Below, one piece after another: positions 59,661 through 60,594 of a DNA stretch of 60,594 nucleotides. The stretch lies in assembly GCA_002104905.1 (NCBI GenBank), contig MCFE01000539.1:1-60594 (forward strand), in the 5' to 3' direction. Below the pieces are notes generated by a model. That model made no database searches and was not told the origin of the DNA. It saw nothing but the letters and a program-made list of their open reading frames with translations. This stretch comes from Basidiobolus meristosporus CBS 931.73 (Eukaryota > Fungi > Basidiobolomycota). The first letter of the stretch is position 1. The number at the start of each line of letters is the position of its first letter. Both the position numbers and the translations under genes were made by a program.

Positions 59661-60184
59661 AGGGGGGAGGAAAGTCACCAAGTGGTGAAATCTTTATTTA
59701 CTTATGACAAGTATCTAAAGAAGCCAAGTTAATCTGAAGTAATTCCTAGAAAGCTAGGTCTGAGAGATATCTTCCTGGTAAGCCAGGTCTGAGAGTTGAG
59801 AAGCTGAGTGGTACTATATTTCCTAGTTATCTAGGTCTGAGAGAGGTTTCCTGGAAAGCCAGGCCTGAGAAGTGAGAATCTGAGTATATCTGAGGTGAGT
59901 TGTACTGATTTGCGGTAGCTTGTTTGTGGCCAGAATGGCCAGTAGACTGGGGGAACTGAGGGGTATTTCTGGGCGATCACTGGCCAAATTTACTAGGCAA
60001 ATTTGACCAATTAGCATTTCAAGGATTTCAGCCAATCAGAGCCTTTACTTTGCCCGATGGTTGATCAAGCCATCTCCCAATGAGCACACATCAATTTATT
60101 GATCAAATTTTGTTGGATCCAGGATTTGAACCCACAACCATGGGTATGGAAGGGTTAGGGATAACCTCAAGGCTAAGTGTTCTT
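59661..60184 (-). mobile_element. Unit D: candidate full-length tRNA-derived SINE (~525 bp) with LINE-like 3' tail
   Basis: Minus-strand A-box TAGCCTTGAGG (60175-60165) and B-box GGTTCAAATCC (60132-60122) are 43 nt apart. Hairpin-rich body, shared 3' tail, TTAGGG repeats on both flanks. Confidence 0.7.
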
Positions 60185-60194
60185 GGTTAGGGTT

Positions 60195-60463
60195 AGGGGG
60201 AGGAAAGTCACCAAGTGGTGAAATCTTTATTTACTTATGACAAGTATCTAAAGAAGCCAAGTTAATCTGAAGTAATTCCTAGAAAGCTAGGTCTGAGAGA
60301 TATCTTCCTGGTAATCCAGGTCTGAGAGTTGAGAGGCTGAGTGGTACTATATTTCCTAGTTAGCTAGGTCTGAGAGAGGTTTCCTGGGAAGCCAGGCCTG
60401 AGAAGTGAGAATCTGAATATATCTGAGCTAAGTTATACTGGTTTGCGGTAGCTGAATTGTGGC
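60195..60463 (-). mobile_element. Unit E: 5'-truncated copy of unit D capped by the terminal telomere
   Basis: Aligns with 59661-59930 with scattered substitutions; TTAGGG tract starts 1 nt after the homology ends. Confidence 0.85.
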
Positions 60464-60464
60464 T

Positions 60465-60594
60465 TTAGGGTTAGGGTTAGGGTTAGGGTTAGGGTTAGGG
60501 TTAGGGTTAGGGTTAGGGTTAGGGTTAGGGTTAGGGTTAGGGTTAGGGTTAGGGTTAGGGTTAGGGTTAGGGTTAGGGTTAGGGTTAGGGTTAG
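60465..60594 (+). repeat. Terminal telomeric tract (TTAGGG)21 + TTAG
   Basis: Perfect hexamer repeats to the end of the window. Confidence 0.99.

Noticed and set aside
59745-59863. CRISPR-like palindromic repeats
   Set aside because: Eukaryotic context, irregular 11-30 nt spacing, no cas genes; better explained as hairpins in a SINE body.
59661-60184. Unit D as the telomerase RNA gene
   Set aside because: It has a retroelement tail, a truncated duplicate and insertion-type flanks; no pseudoknot could be identified. Kept only as the template-like 9-mer observation.

Overview
Right-hand chromosome end (about 21.7 TTAGGG repeats at 60465-60594) of an intron-containing fungus; gene content suggests an early-diverging lineage, which is an inference. 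Positions 1-6.7 kb are CpG-poor transposon debris: a rearranged Copia nested in a decayed Gypsy, plus solo LTRs. Positions 6.7-48.6 kb are host subtelomeric genes: a bHLH-ZIP factor, a small Cys-rich secreted protein, acetate kinase, a 7-member CAP/SCP secreted-protein array (tandem and inverted duplications), a WW-domain gene, a C2H2 factor, duplicated CNT nucleoside transporters, three protoglobin-domain genes, a D-arm-deleted tRNA and a secreted Gly-rich protein. The main result is the last 12 kb (48653-60594), a head-to-tail array of non-LTR retroelements lying within telomeric repeats, all with 3' ends facing the centromere. It holds an APE+RT LINE whose ORF1 and ORF2 are in frame, separated only by TGA-CTA (a readthrough context) with no ORF2 ATG, and which has no CpG over about 4.4 kb of coding sequence by my reading. 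It also holds a 3' fragment of a second LINE family and short non-coding units sharing the LINE's 3' tail (AATAAA, TCACC/GGTGA hairpin, C-run merging into CCCTAA). One short unit has a tRNA-derived Pol III head and a chain of covarying hairpins, making it a candidate telomere-targeting SINE. A young Copia interrupts the LINE. All counts were made by eye; no searches were run.
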